In this document: piece after piece, positions 29,474 through 41,672 of the stretch
Numbering within the stretch: the first letter of the stretch is position 1
Layout of the letters: each line of letters opens with the position of its first letter
Source: the human T2T-CHM13v2.0 reference genome, Homo sapiens
Length of the DNA: 64,000 bases
Assembly: GCF_009914755.1 (NCBI RefSeq)
Contig: NC_060925.1
Strand: one strand, 5' to 3'
Translations under genes and position numbers: made by a program
The notes under the pieces: generated by a model
Database searches by the model: none
What the model was told of the DNA's origin: nothing
What the model saw: only the letters and a program-made list of their open reading frames with translations

Positions 29474-32400
29474 TAATTTAACTGCAAGAGCAATTTATTT
29501 ATTCAGTCACTTATACAACAATCTTAAATGCCTACTATGTATCTTTGAAAAAAGAAGGAAGAAAAATATCCTCTTAGACAAAGATATATGAAGTCCTTGC
29601 AAAAGGCTGGGGGCTAGGGAGAAAATTTCCCTTCAAGGTCCTGAGAGCTCCCAGTGTCAATGACCTTTGGAAGCTTAAGTTCATAATGATCACAATGAGT
29701 CATCGAAAACAACTTGTCTTCAATATGTTGAAGAAGTGCCTAGAAGGAGCCCTAGAACATAGTAGGTACTCAATTTATATATCTGGATGTTTTCCTTCAA
29801 AGACCTCACTTCTAATCTCCATGTTTATACTGGCTTCAGGGACCGAAAATAGTATTCGAGGGAGAGAGGTGTTGACTGGAGTCACTCTGGCTCAGTCCAT
29901 CTTTACTTTCTGCTGAGTCTAAACTGGACAGCAAAGCCCTAGAAACCAAAAGATGTAGTTATTCCACTCCTGGCTATAAAATTTAGAGATATGGATGCAG
30001 CACTGCCTATGTGAGAAGGAGAGAAAGACAATCTGCTTCAAAGTGAAAGATTATAAAATGATCACTTTTTAGTACTGTTACAGTACTGCTCACTGAATAA
30101 AAGAGGTAATTTTTTTAACTATTCCCAGATGGCCTGAATGAATTGCAGACCCTCTGAAAATCTGTACATTTTCCCTTTCTCATCAGTAGAAACCAGCCCC
30201 CTATGTTGGAAATGTTAAGAGCCTAAATCTCTAATAATAGTAATTGTCCTCCGGCTCTATTCAAGGCTTCCCCTTTCCTCTGGCTGGAGCAATTCCATGG
30301 TAATTCAAAGGATCCAGTTTCACTGTGATTTGTCTACTAGGTAGAGAAATCATCTTTATAAACATAAAAACTTTAGTGTACTCAGGTATCTTTTTTCCAA
30401 TGGAAGTGTCCCTAGGTAGCTCTAATGTTCCCATGGCAAAGGTAATGTTAGACAAACTTGTTAATTTATTATCAGTGATAGATTTCAGAGGGGAACACAG
30501 ATAAAGTGCCCAACTACATAGAGAATCTAGACAGAAAATGGCTCCGTGCTTTGCACATGGGAGGTGATCATATATATTTGGTGAATGTGTGAGTGAATGT
30601 CCTAACAGACTCATTGCATTTATGACACATTACAGGACTGTACTTTAATGTGACTAGCATTTAATTGAATAGTAACATTAAAGGTTTAAAGGCAAATGCA
30701 ATAATACTTCACCTGTGAATTTTTACCTACAGATTATGTAATTTCAATTGGAAAAGCCAAAACAAATACTATTCTTTACCACTGAGAAGACAGAAATGCC
30801 ACGTGTTTATCCTTCAATGACATATCCCTTTTTCAGTAATTATCTTTCCCTTGGCTAGAAATTCTTACATAATTAAAGTGTTCACAGATACAATGTACTT
30901 ACTCACTCTCTAGATACTGAAATTAATAGCATAAAATAAATAACTACTAATACTGTTGGACAATACTGATCAAACATAGGTGACAATACAATGACGACAA
31001 ACACATCATACATAGTTACTTCAATATTTCAACTATTAATATAAGTGGCTATTTTTAGAAACATTCTAATTCAAGTAATGCCTAGTCTAATTCTATGGGT
31101 AAAGTGAAATGGAAGATTGGAAAATTATCCAATGAAACAAATTGTAATACGTGACATAAAACCTATATTTAGAAAAACAGAAACTCTAGGCAGGATTATT
31201 CGGATAATCCTTCAGTCTACATGTTGTCTATATATAAATATAATTGATAGCCTATTTTTTTAAACAGTATTTCCTTACTGTAGGCCTTGTGAATACAGAA
31301 GTAATTATGTCTAGTGGTTGAATGAGATGGAACCATTTGCATGAGAGGCCTTGCATTCTTATTTGTTAATTTTCAATACTGCATGTTGTTAGGTATTTGA
31401 TTTCTCCTTTGAAATCTCTGTCCTTCTTTATTCCTTCTTCCTCTTATTTATGGATTGTTCAGGGCACTAAATAAAAAAGACACATGGGGACACACCACGT
31501 TCCCTTAAGAGAACAGAAGGAGGATTTTAAAGTTTATTCAAGATTGTAGATAGTGGACAAGATAAAGCAATTCTATTTTATTGCAACCATAATAATTTAA
31601 CCCTATTGATATTCCAGGAAATATGGCCTGGAATAGAGACCATATTTATTCAGGATAACCTGCATTATTTTACAAAGGACTTCAATGAAGAAAAGCTTCA
31701 TTCATTATATTAATATGGTGCTTACAGGCAACTCTCCAAAATAATATACATCATACAAATACGAATTCACATACTAAGAAGTATAAGGCGTTATTGATGT
31801 TTTTTAATATTTAAGATTCCTCTAAACTTAGTCAACTGGTATAAAAGGTATTTGATTATTTAAATATAAAGGGTATTTCATATTAGAAATTTTTTGTAGT
31901 ATTAGACTTGATTACTACATTAGTAAATTAAAAAACCCTTTCTTAAGTATTGCTGCATTTAAATTTTTCTTTAAGATTTAAAATGTCTATACTATTTATA
32001 TTATTTGTTAATTACTAATTGTTAGCCTGAATCATTTGTTTGCACTGAAGTCATCTCTATTTATTATAGTAATTGGTGTCTGCCAGGGAATCTTTTTTGA
32101 ATTTCACAAATGAAGGTCCTTCAATATTTTCAAATACTTGCATCTGTAATCAAGACATAATGGCTGTACTCTAGCATAATGCACTACACATAGAAGGCAT
32201 TTATAAATATTTGTTGAGTGACTAAAGCTAGCAAATGATCAATCTTCACAGTAAAACTATAAATGTACACAGTAATCATGAATTTAGTAATGGTTATTCC
32301 ATTGTGAATAGAGTCACCTCCACTCTGTCTTTAGTAGTAGCATGAGTATTTACATAGGTGATACATTCCTGATAGATTAATCAATCATATTATTGTGTTT

Positions 32401-32547
32401 AAGGGAAATTATACTGAAATATTAAAAATAAATTTATGAATAATTAAAAAAAGAATTGTACCATTTTATGTACCACTCAACTTAGAAACAAGATACTGCC
32501 ATATATATTCCACTCCGCTAATAATATCTGAATTTAGTAGTATAGTA

Positions 32548-32898
32548 AGTAGTCCTGTTTTCCACAAGGAATACATTTGAAGACCTCCAGTAGATGCCAG
32601 ATCTCTATGTGCCAAGTGACAGCAACTGGGTTTGGTACTATGTGTACTATGTAGTACATATTTTGGTTCCATATAGTACATATTTTCTGTTCATGTCTTC
32701 CAGTCACAAATTTAATGCTTTTTCAATCTGAACTAGGCACTTATCTAGCACTGCGGCCGTAACTTTTGCACTTTGTGGTTTGACAGCAAATCTAGCACTA
32801 ATTTCTTTTTTTTTCACTATTTCACAGATAGAAGATTCATTATTATAATAGATCTTAGCAATCTCAGCATACTTTTTTTAATTTCCTTATTAAGTCAA
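32548..32898. mobile_element. MER44/Tigger7-like DNA transposon, truncated at the L1 junction
   Basis: agtagtcc...aagacctccagtagatgcc start and gccgtaacttttgca...gatcttagcaatctcagcatac body. Confidence 0.7.
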
Positions 32899-33305
32899 TA
32901 AGAGTGGGTTTGGTTTTTGTTTCTCTAGTTCCTTGAGGTGTGACCTTAGATTGTCTATTTGTGCTCTTTCAGACTTTTTGATATAGGCATTTAATGCTAT
33001 GAACTTTCCTGTTAGCACCACCTTTGCTGTATCATGGAGGTTTTGATAGGTTGTGTCACTATATCAAACAATTCAGTTAAAGGACTTTTTTAATTTCCAT
33101 CTTGATTTCATTGTTGACCCAAGAATCATTGAGAAGCAGGTTATTTAATTTCTATGTATTTGCATGGTTTTGAGGGTTCCTTTTTGAGTCGATTTCCAAT
33201 TTTATTTCACGGTGGTCTGAGAGAGTACTTGATATAATTTCAGTTTTCTTAAATGTATTGAGACTTGTTTTGTGGCCTATCACATGGTGTATCTTGGAGG
33301 ATGTT

Positions 33306-33896
33306 TCACCTGCTGATGAATAATGTATATTCTGCAGTTGTTGGGTAGAATGTTCTGTAAATATCTGTTAAGTACATTTGTTCTAAGTCATAGTTTAAGT
33401 CCACTGTTTCTTTGTTGACTTTCTGTCTTGATGATCTGTCTAGTGCTGTCAGTGGAGTACTGAAGTCCCCCACCATTATTGTGTTGCTGTTTATCTCATT
33501 TCTTAGGTTTAGTAGTAATTGTTTTCTAAATCTGGGAGCTCTGGAGTTAGGTGCATATATATTTAGAATTGTGATGTTTCCCTGTTGGACTAGTCCTTTT
33601 ATCATTATATAATGTCCCTCTTTGTTAACTGCTGTTGCTTTGAAGTTTGTTTTGTCTGATATAAGAATAGCTACTGCTGTTTGCTTTTGGTGTCCATTTT
33701 CGTGGAATATCTTTTTCCACCTCTTTACCTTAAGTTTATGTGAGTCCTTATGTGTTAGATGAGTCTCTTGAGGACAGCAGATACTTGCTTGGTGAGTTCT
33801 TATCCTTTCTGCCATTCTGTATCTTTTAAGTAGTGCATTTAGGCCATTTACATTCAATGTTAGTGTTAGGATGTGAGATGCCTTTCTATTCATCAT
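33306..33896 (-). pseudogene. L1 ORF2 APE-endonuclease remnant (196 aa)
   Basis: LNVNGLN, QETHL, NIYAPN, GDFSTPL and DIYRTFYP motifs. Confidence 0.92.
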
Positions 33897-33991
33897 GCTA
33901 TTTGTTGCCTGAATGCTTTTTTTTAAATTGTGTTTTATTTTTATAGGTCCTGTGAGATTTATGCTTTAAGGAGGTTGTATTCTGGTGTATT

Positions 33992-34672
33992 TCAAGGATT
34001 TGTTTCAAAATTTAGAGCTGCTTTTAGCAGTTCTTGTAGTGCTAGCTTGGTGGTGATAAGTTCTCTAAACATTTGTTTGTCTGAAAAAGACTGTATTTTT
34101 CCTTCATTTAGGAAGCTTAATTTCACTGGATACAAAATTCCTGGCCAATAACTGTTTTGTTTAAGGAGGATAAGGATAGGACACCAATTCCTTCTAGCTT
34201 GCAGGGTTTCTGCTGAGAAATCTGCTGTTAATCTGACAGGTTTTCCTTCATAGGTTACCTGATGCTTTTGCCTCACAGCTCTTAAGATTCCTTCCTTCAT
34301 CTTGACTTTAGATAACTTGATGACTATGTGCCTTGGCAATGACCTTTTTGTGATGAATTTCCCAGGTGTTCTTTCAGCTTCTTGTATTTGGATATCTAGA
34401 TCTCTAGCAAGGTTGGGGACGTTTTCCTTGATTATTCCCTCAAATAGATTTTCCAAACGTTTAGATTTCTCTTCTTCCTTGGGAACACCAATTATTCTTA
34501 GATTTGGTCGTTTAACATAATCCCAAACTTCTTGGAGGCCTTGTTCATTTAAATTTTTTTTTTCTTTGTCTTTGTTTGATTGGGTTAATTCAAAAGCCTT
34601 GTCTTCAAGCTCTGGTGTTCTTCCTTCTACTTGTTGGATTCTATTGCTAAGACTTTCCAGTGTATTTTGCAT
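33992..34672 (-). pseudogene. L1 ORF1p remnant (226 aa: coiled-coil end, RRM, CTD)
   Basis: EVWDYVKRPNLRIIGV, PRHIVIKL and RLTADFSAETLQARR motifs. Confidence 0.92.
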
Positions 34673-35039
34673 TTTTCTAAGTGTGTCCTTAATTTCCAGA
34701 AATTATGATTGCTTCTTATTTATGCTATTTATTTATCTGGAGATTTTTCTGTTCATATCCTGTAACATTTTTGAAATTCCTTTGAGTTCATATTCACCTT
34801 TGGTGCCTCCTTCAGTCACTTAATAATCAACCTTCTGAGTTCTTTTTCTGGGAATTCAGAGTTTTCTTCTTGGTTTAGATCCATTGCTGGTAAGCTATTG
34901 TGATCTTTTGGGGATAATAAAGAACCTTGTTTTGTCATATTACTAGAACTGTTTTTCAGGTTGCTTTTCATTTGGTTAGACTATGTCAGAGGGAAGATCT
35001 GGGGCTCAAGTGCTGTTGTTCAGATTCTTTCTTCCCACA

Positions 35040-35106
35040 GGGTGCTCCCCAGATGTGGGTGTTCCCTAGATGTGGGTGCTCCCTGGATGTGGGTGCTCCA
35101 GGATGT
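35040..35106. repeat. 17-bp minisatellite x4 (GGGTGCTCCCTRGATGT)
   Basis: Units at 35040, 35057, 35074 and 35091. Confidence 0.9.
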
Positions 35107-38100
35107 GCCTTCCTGAGAGCTGAACTGCAGTGATTGTTGTTTCTCTTCTGGATCTAGCCACCCAGTGGAGCTAGCAGCCTCCAGACTGGTAGTGGGGAGT
35201 AACTGCAAACAGCCCTGTGATATGATCAGTCTTCAGGTCTCTTAGCCCTGGATACCAGCACCTGCTCTGGTGGAGATAGCAGGGGAGTGAAGTAGACTCT
35301 GTGAGGGTCCTTTGTTGTATTTTTGTTTATTGCACTAGTTTTGTGTTGGTTGGCCTTCAGACAGGAGGTGGCGCTTTCAAGAGAGCATCAACGGCAGTAG
35401 CATAGGGAGGATACAAGCTTGCTCTAGAGTCTCCTGGATAAGTTTCTCAGGCGGTGGTCAGGGCCATAGAGCTCTCAAGAGATTATGTCCTTTGTCTGGC
35501 TACGAGGGCAGGTAGAGAAAGGCCATCAGGTAGGGTCAGGGTTAGGTGTGTCTGAGCTTAGACTCTCCTTGGGCAGGCCTTGCTGAAGCTGCTCTGAGTG
35601 TTGGGGGTGTGGTTCTCAGGGCGATGGAGTTATGTTTCTAGGGGGATTATGGCTGCCTCTGCTACATCATACAGGTCACCAGGAAAGTAGGGGAAAGCTG
35701 GCAGTGAAAGGCCTCACCCAGCTCCCATGCAACCCAAAAGGCCAGTCTCACTCCCACAATACTCTCCACAACAGCACTGAGTTTATTTCCAGGCAATGGG
35801 TGAACAGGGCTGAGGACTTGCCCCTGCTCCAGGTCTCCCCACTGGAAAAGCAAGCAGGGGTTTCAGGTTTCACACCTCCCTGCCTGATGCAACTTCTGTG
35901 CTGTGTCTGCACTCCCAGTTCACCCTCACCCCCAGATTCTGCTAGGAAAGTTGGCATTCAGTCGAAATTGTTACAGAGTTCATCTGGAAGTTTCCTTCTC
36001 CTTGTGGTCTTTCCCCACTTCCACTGGCAGTCCTACCCAAGGACCCTAGGAGACAAAGTCAGAAATGGTTTTCCTGGGGGCTGAGAGAGTCCACAGGGCT
36101 CTTCCCCCTGCTTCCTTTACCCTTATATTTTGTTCAGCTCTCTAAGTTTGTCTCAGCTCCAGGTAAGGCCAAATCCATCACCTGTGACCTGGACCTTCAG
36201 GTTCCCCAGGAAGGCTATGTGTTCAGGGGTGGAAGATCCCCCTTTCACACTTTGGGCACTTACAGTTTTTCGGCTGTCTCCTGGAGCCTGCAGCAGCAAT
36301 CTATTTCCTTCAAAGGATCTGTGGATTCTCGTGGCTTTCCTGGTATGTTGCTGCAGTAGTTCTTGGAGAAAAGTTCATGATGTGTGTCTTCACATGCTGC
36401 TCTGTCTGTCCGAGGGGGAGCTGCAAGTTAGTCCTGCCTCCTATCCTTTTATCAGTTTCTTCTTTCTATTTGTATGATTTTAAAATTTATATAAGTGTAT
36501 ACAGTGTATGTATTATTCTAAAACAAGCTTTCTGTAGTATGATTGTTTGAGAAGTCTGGTCATGTTGATGTGATAGCTATATTCCTTCATATCCACTACT
36601 GTAAAGTGTTCCACGTAGACATTTGCAAATTGTTTTCCATAGTGCAGCAATACCTTCCCATAAGTGGTGTATGAGTCCCCACTTAACAGTTCCTGAAATT
36701 TCCAGATTTTGCCATCTTTGACAACTTGATGAGTATAAAATATTATCACATTCTTTTTTTTAGTTTACTGATAACCAGTAAAGTTGCACATGTCTTTACA
36801 TGTATATTGACCATTTCAGTTGCCACTTCTGGCTTCTTCTGTGAATTACTTGTTCACTTCTTTTGTCTGTTTTTCAAATAGTTTGCTTAATTTAAATGTT
36901 ACCTTTGTCAGTTATATATGTGTTGTCTTGCTAATGACAACTGCTAGTATGTAGCTTTTCTTTCTTTTTATAAAAAGACATTTTTAATAAGAGATGTATT
37001 AAATTCTTCTATGCTGATGGTAGAACTTGCCAATTTCTCTTTCTGGTTCTATAAAATTCTGCTTTATACTTTTGAAACTATATTATGAGATGCATGTAAA
37101 CTTAGAATTTTATACTTTATAATTATACAATAAGCCTCTTTTTCTTTAATGAAACAGTAATGTCTGTTTTGCCTAATATTTATGTAGCTCATGCTAGCTT
37201 TCTTAAATTTTCAAACTTGAAGTGTGCTTGTTTTTTGAGTATGTCTCTCACACCCTCAGCACAAGTACCATGCTGAGCTGCATTGCAGCATGAGGGCAAA
37301 GGAAAAATACGAACCTCTGTATACAACTAGAAAATATTTACCAATCTTTGGAGCCAAATGGAAAAAGTTAATAAACACTCTACAGTTTTAAAAAAATAGC
37401 TGTGTATAATGTCCCATCATGCCTAGTCTGTTTCTAGACGATTGTAAAACCTTCTATGAGACAGGTACATGCCAACCTTATAAAACTGGTAGGTAGGAAT
37501 TATGGACTGATTAGAAACAACAGCTCCCATTACAAAATAACACAGGACCATAAAACAAGCAACACTAATGTGTCTTTACTTAAAATTTTGATTTTTAATT
37601 ATACATTTCTAAATCATTTGACTTTTTGAAATATAACATAAAAATATTATAGATCTTGCTTAATAGGGTGTTTTTGGTGCTTTTGTAAAGTTTGTGATTA
37701 AGACATTCTCTTGCCCTAATTCAGCCTCTGCTCAGACAATAGGTGGATGTTGTTTTCTCTTTCAGCCAGACAGTCTCATAATTCTAATATGTTCAGCACA
37801 TTTAGATTTGTTGTGATTGTTTATTTATTTGGAATTTCTATTTTCTATATATCCTTTTTCTTTCGTTCTCCTTTACTGCCTTATTTTGAAATGAGGTTGT
37901 TGTTTTTATTCCTTCCTAATACGTTGTTGAAAAGGAGTGCTGAGAGGAAACATTCTTGTCTTATTCCTGATCTTAGTAGGAAAGATTCTGGTTTCTTATC
38001 CTTAAGTATGATGTTCACTCTAGGTTTTTATACATATTTTCTATTAAGTTGAGTATGTTCTCCTCTACTCCTTATTTGTGGAGAGTTTTGATCATGAATG

Positions 38101-38731
38101 GATGCTTGATTTTGTCAAATACTTTTTCTACATTTATTGATATAATCTTGTAATTTTTCCCCTTTAGCCTGTTGATGTGAGGAATTACTTTAGCTGATTT
38201 TTGAATGCTGAACCAGTCTTGCAAACCTGAGATAAATCCCTCTTGGTTCTGATATATAATTATTTTTACACATTGCTTAATAGTTTTATTTTGAATATTT
38301 TGTTGAGAATTTTTGCATCTATTTTTATGAGAGTTATTGGTCTGTGGTTTTCTTTTCTTGTAATTTCTTTGTCTGATGTTGGTACAGGGTAATGTTGGCA
38401 TTATAAAATGAGCTGGTTTTATTCTTCAATTCATTCTAACAATCTCTCTCTTTTAATTGGTATATTTAGACCATTGACACTCAAAGTAGTTACTGGCATA
38501 GTTGGATTAATATCTACTACTTTTTATTCATTGCCCTTGTTCTTTGTTTCTATTCTTGTTTTCTATATACTTTTTACCTTTTGTGGTTTTAGTTGAGCAT
38601 TTTTACATGGTTCCATTTTCTTTCCTTTGTAAGTATTAAATATATCAACTATACCTTCTTAAAACTTTTTTGGGGGTTGCCCTATAAAGCTTATAATATA
38701 CATTTATAACTAATCCAAGTATACTTTTAAA

Positions 38732-40097
38732 TTTTGGAATTTTTTGTTATTATTTTGTTGAATAAGATTTCTAATCCTTCCTCTTCAACTCCCTCTTGAA
38801 TACCATTAATTCTTACATTTGGCCTTTTGAGGTATTAATAATTTTCTATATATTGTAGGAAATCTTCATTTCTTTGTGTTCTTTTTTTCTCCTCGACCAT
38901 ATATTTTCAAATATTCTGTCTTCAAGCTCACTGATTCTTTCCTCTGCTCAATCCATTCTGATGGTGAGAGCTACTAGTGAATTTTTCAGTTCGGTAAATT
39001 TATTTCTCAGTTCCAAGGTTTCTGATAGATTTTTTAAAATTTCAATCTCTGTTAAATTTCTCTAATGAATTTCTGAATTATTTTTCTGTGTTCTACTGGA
39101 GATCACTGAGTTTTCTTAAAACTGCATTTTAAAATTCGTGGTCAGGGAGCTTACATATTACTGTCTTGTTAGGGCCAGTCCCTGGTTCCCTGCTTTGTCT
39201 GTTTGGAGACATCATAGTTTCCTACTGCTGTTTTTCTTGTGGACATACATCTATGTCTTTGCTGCTAAATTGCTTCCTCTAGGGAGCTATAGGGGGCGCT
39301 TTAAGCCCAGGTTCGCCTTGGCTTCAGTAAACAATCCAATTGTGCCCTTCTTAACAAGAGAGGTCCCAAAGGGAATATCCTGACAGTATGGGAAGGCTGC
39401 CTAAGGGTTTGTGCCGAGGAGAACAGTGAAATAATCCTCCTGCATCATAGTGCTGCTAAGCAGCTACTCTGACATTGTGTCTGCATTGGTCAAGTTACAG
39501 AGCAGACTTTCCCAGGCTGGGGATGACAGACCTACATCCCCCTTTGTCTCTGCCTATCTTCAGGAATATGTCTCCCTTTAGGCACTCATGACGCTTCCAG
39601 TGGGTTGAGGCATGGATAGGACAGGTCTCTTTCCGGTAACCCAGAATGGCTGGGGAAGCTGGTTGTTTACCTCAATCTTAATTTTTCCAGTGTAGAAAAA
39701 AGTGAGTTGGAGGAAAATCTTCTGCATATTTGGTGTCAGGCAAAATGGGGTAACGAGTGCTACAAATGTGAAAGTCAGGTTTCTTACCATCCACTTGGTG
39801 TTTCTCATTTCCTTATGGCCCTGGGAACAGTTATATCTTCATATTTGAGTTCTGGACTATCGTGACAATTTCTGGTGATAATCTCAGCAATGTATATTTG
39901 TTAATTTTTCTTTTTGGCGGGAGAGGGGCGCGGTGGGGTTGTGGCATGGCAGCTTGTTTCTGTGCCGCCATTTTGGAACTGGAAGTCATGGGGCGGAAGA
40001 GTTAACATCCAGAGCAGCCCCTGACACCTGGCATGGAGGACGGGAGAACCGCAGGTGGAGCTTGAACTATCAAGACAAAATAATGTCATGCGAGAGT
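38732..40097 (-). mobile_element. TSD-bounded L1M 5'UTR plus partial ORF1 insertion
   Basis: Flanked by tccaagtatacttttaaa / tccaagttgacttttaaa; L1 5' tip with YY1 motif at 39964-39976; ORF1-like LKRPNVRINGIQEG near 38790-38830. Confidence 0.75.
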
Positions 40098-41327
40098 TCC
40101 AAGTTGACTTTTAAATAACACGATACCACTTAAAAGGTGGCATGAGTACCTAATAATAATAAAGTATTCCTAGTTCCTCCCTCTGGTGTCTTGTATTGTT
40201 GCTATCATTCATTTCACTTACACACATGCTATAATAATGAAATACATTGTTCTTATTATAATTTTGAACAAACTGGTATCTACTAGATCAATTAAGGATA
40301 AGAAAAATAAAAGTTATTTTATTTATTCTTTCTCTAATGTTCTCCCTTTCTTTACATAAATCTGAGTTTTCTGACCTGTATCATTTTTTCTCTCTCTCTG
40401 AAGTTCTTCCTTTAACATTCTTGCAAGGCAAGAAAAGTCTACTGGTTTTTGTTTGAGAAAGTATTTTTCCTTTACTTTTAAAGGATAATTTTGCAAGATA
40501 CAGAATTCTAGGTGGATTTTTTTTTTTCTGTCAACACCTAACTATTTAACCACTTTTCTTGCTTGCATGCTTTCTGAGGAGAAGTAGAATGTAATTCTTA
40601 TCTTTGCTTTTTCATAGGCTAGATGTTCCCCCTTCAGCCAGGCTCCTTTTAAGATATTTTTCCCTAACTTTGATTTTTCTGCATTTGGAATATGAAAAAT
40701 TCTTAGTCATTATTGTTCCAAATATTTCTTCTGTTCCTTTCTCTTCTTCTTCTTCTTCCCCATTATATGTATTTACATTTTTGGTAGCTGTCTCACAGTT
40801 CTTAGATATTCTGCTCTATTTGTTCAGTCATTTTTCTTTTTACCTTTCTATTTTGGTAGTCTCTATTGACACATCTTCAAACTCAGATTCTTTTATCAGC
40901 TGTCCCCAAATATTAATGATCCAATTAAAGGCATTCTTTATTTCTATGAAAGTGTTTCTGATCTCTAGCTTTTCTTTTTGCTTCTTTGTCAGAATTTTTA
41001 TCTTTCTGCTTATATTGCCATCTATTTTTGCATGTTGTCTACTTTTTCCATTAGAGCCTTTAGTGTATTCATCAGAGCCGCTTTAAGTTTCTGGTCTGAT
41101 AATTTCCATATCCTTTCCATGTCTGAGTCTCATTCTCATTTTTGCTCTCTCTCTTCAAACTGTGAGGTTGTTTGTTTGTTTCTTTGTTTGTTTGTTTTTG
41201 GTGTTTTAGTGTGCTTTGTAACTTTTTGTTGAAATCCAGACATGATGTACTGAGTAAAGGGAACTCTGGCAAACAGGCCTTTCATGGTGTGGTGGTAAGA
41301 TGAGAGGGGAGGGAAAGCGTTCTATGG

Positions 41328-41672
41328 CAGTGGTCCCCAATATTTTTGGCACCAGGGATCGGTTTTGTGGAAGACAACTTTTCCACGAACTGGGTGTGAG
41401 GGCAGCACATGGGGAATGGTTTCAAGATGAAGGTATTCCACCTCAAAGCATCAGGAATTCTCAGAAGGAGTGCACAACCTAAATCCCTCACATGTACAGT
41501 TCACAATGGGGTTTATGCTCCTATGACAACTTCATGTCACTGCTGATCTGACAGGAGGCAGAGCTCAGGAAGTAATGATAGCTCACCAGCTGCTCACGTC
41601 CTACTACGCAGTCCGGTTTCTAATAGACCACAGACCACTACTGACCAGTGGCCCAGGGGTTGGGGACCCCTG
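41328..41672. mobile_element. MER1B hAT-Charlie element
   Basis: TIRs cagtggtccccaa / ttggggacccctg; 8-bp TSD ttctatgg/ttctatga. Confidence 0.9.

Larger units (their letters stand above)
32900..36446 (-). mobile_element. L1PB-type LINE: 5'UTR, ORF1 and ORF2 endonuclease region; 3' part absent
   Basis: ORF1- and EN-like translations plus a long GC-richer 5'UTR at ~34950-36446. Confidence 0.92.

Noticed and set aside
35040-35106. Repeat array as CRISPR-like
   Set aside because: Head-to-tail units without spacers, in a eukaryotic L1.
40604-41086. 160-aa hydrophobic ORF resembling a membrane protein
   Set aside because: Antisense reading of A-rich L1 ORF1 gives F/L/S/I-rich pseudo-transmembrane sequence.
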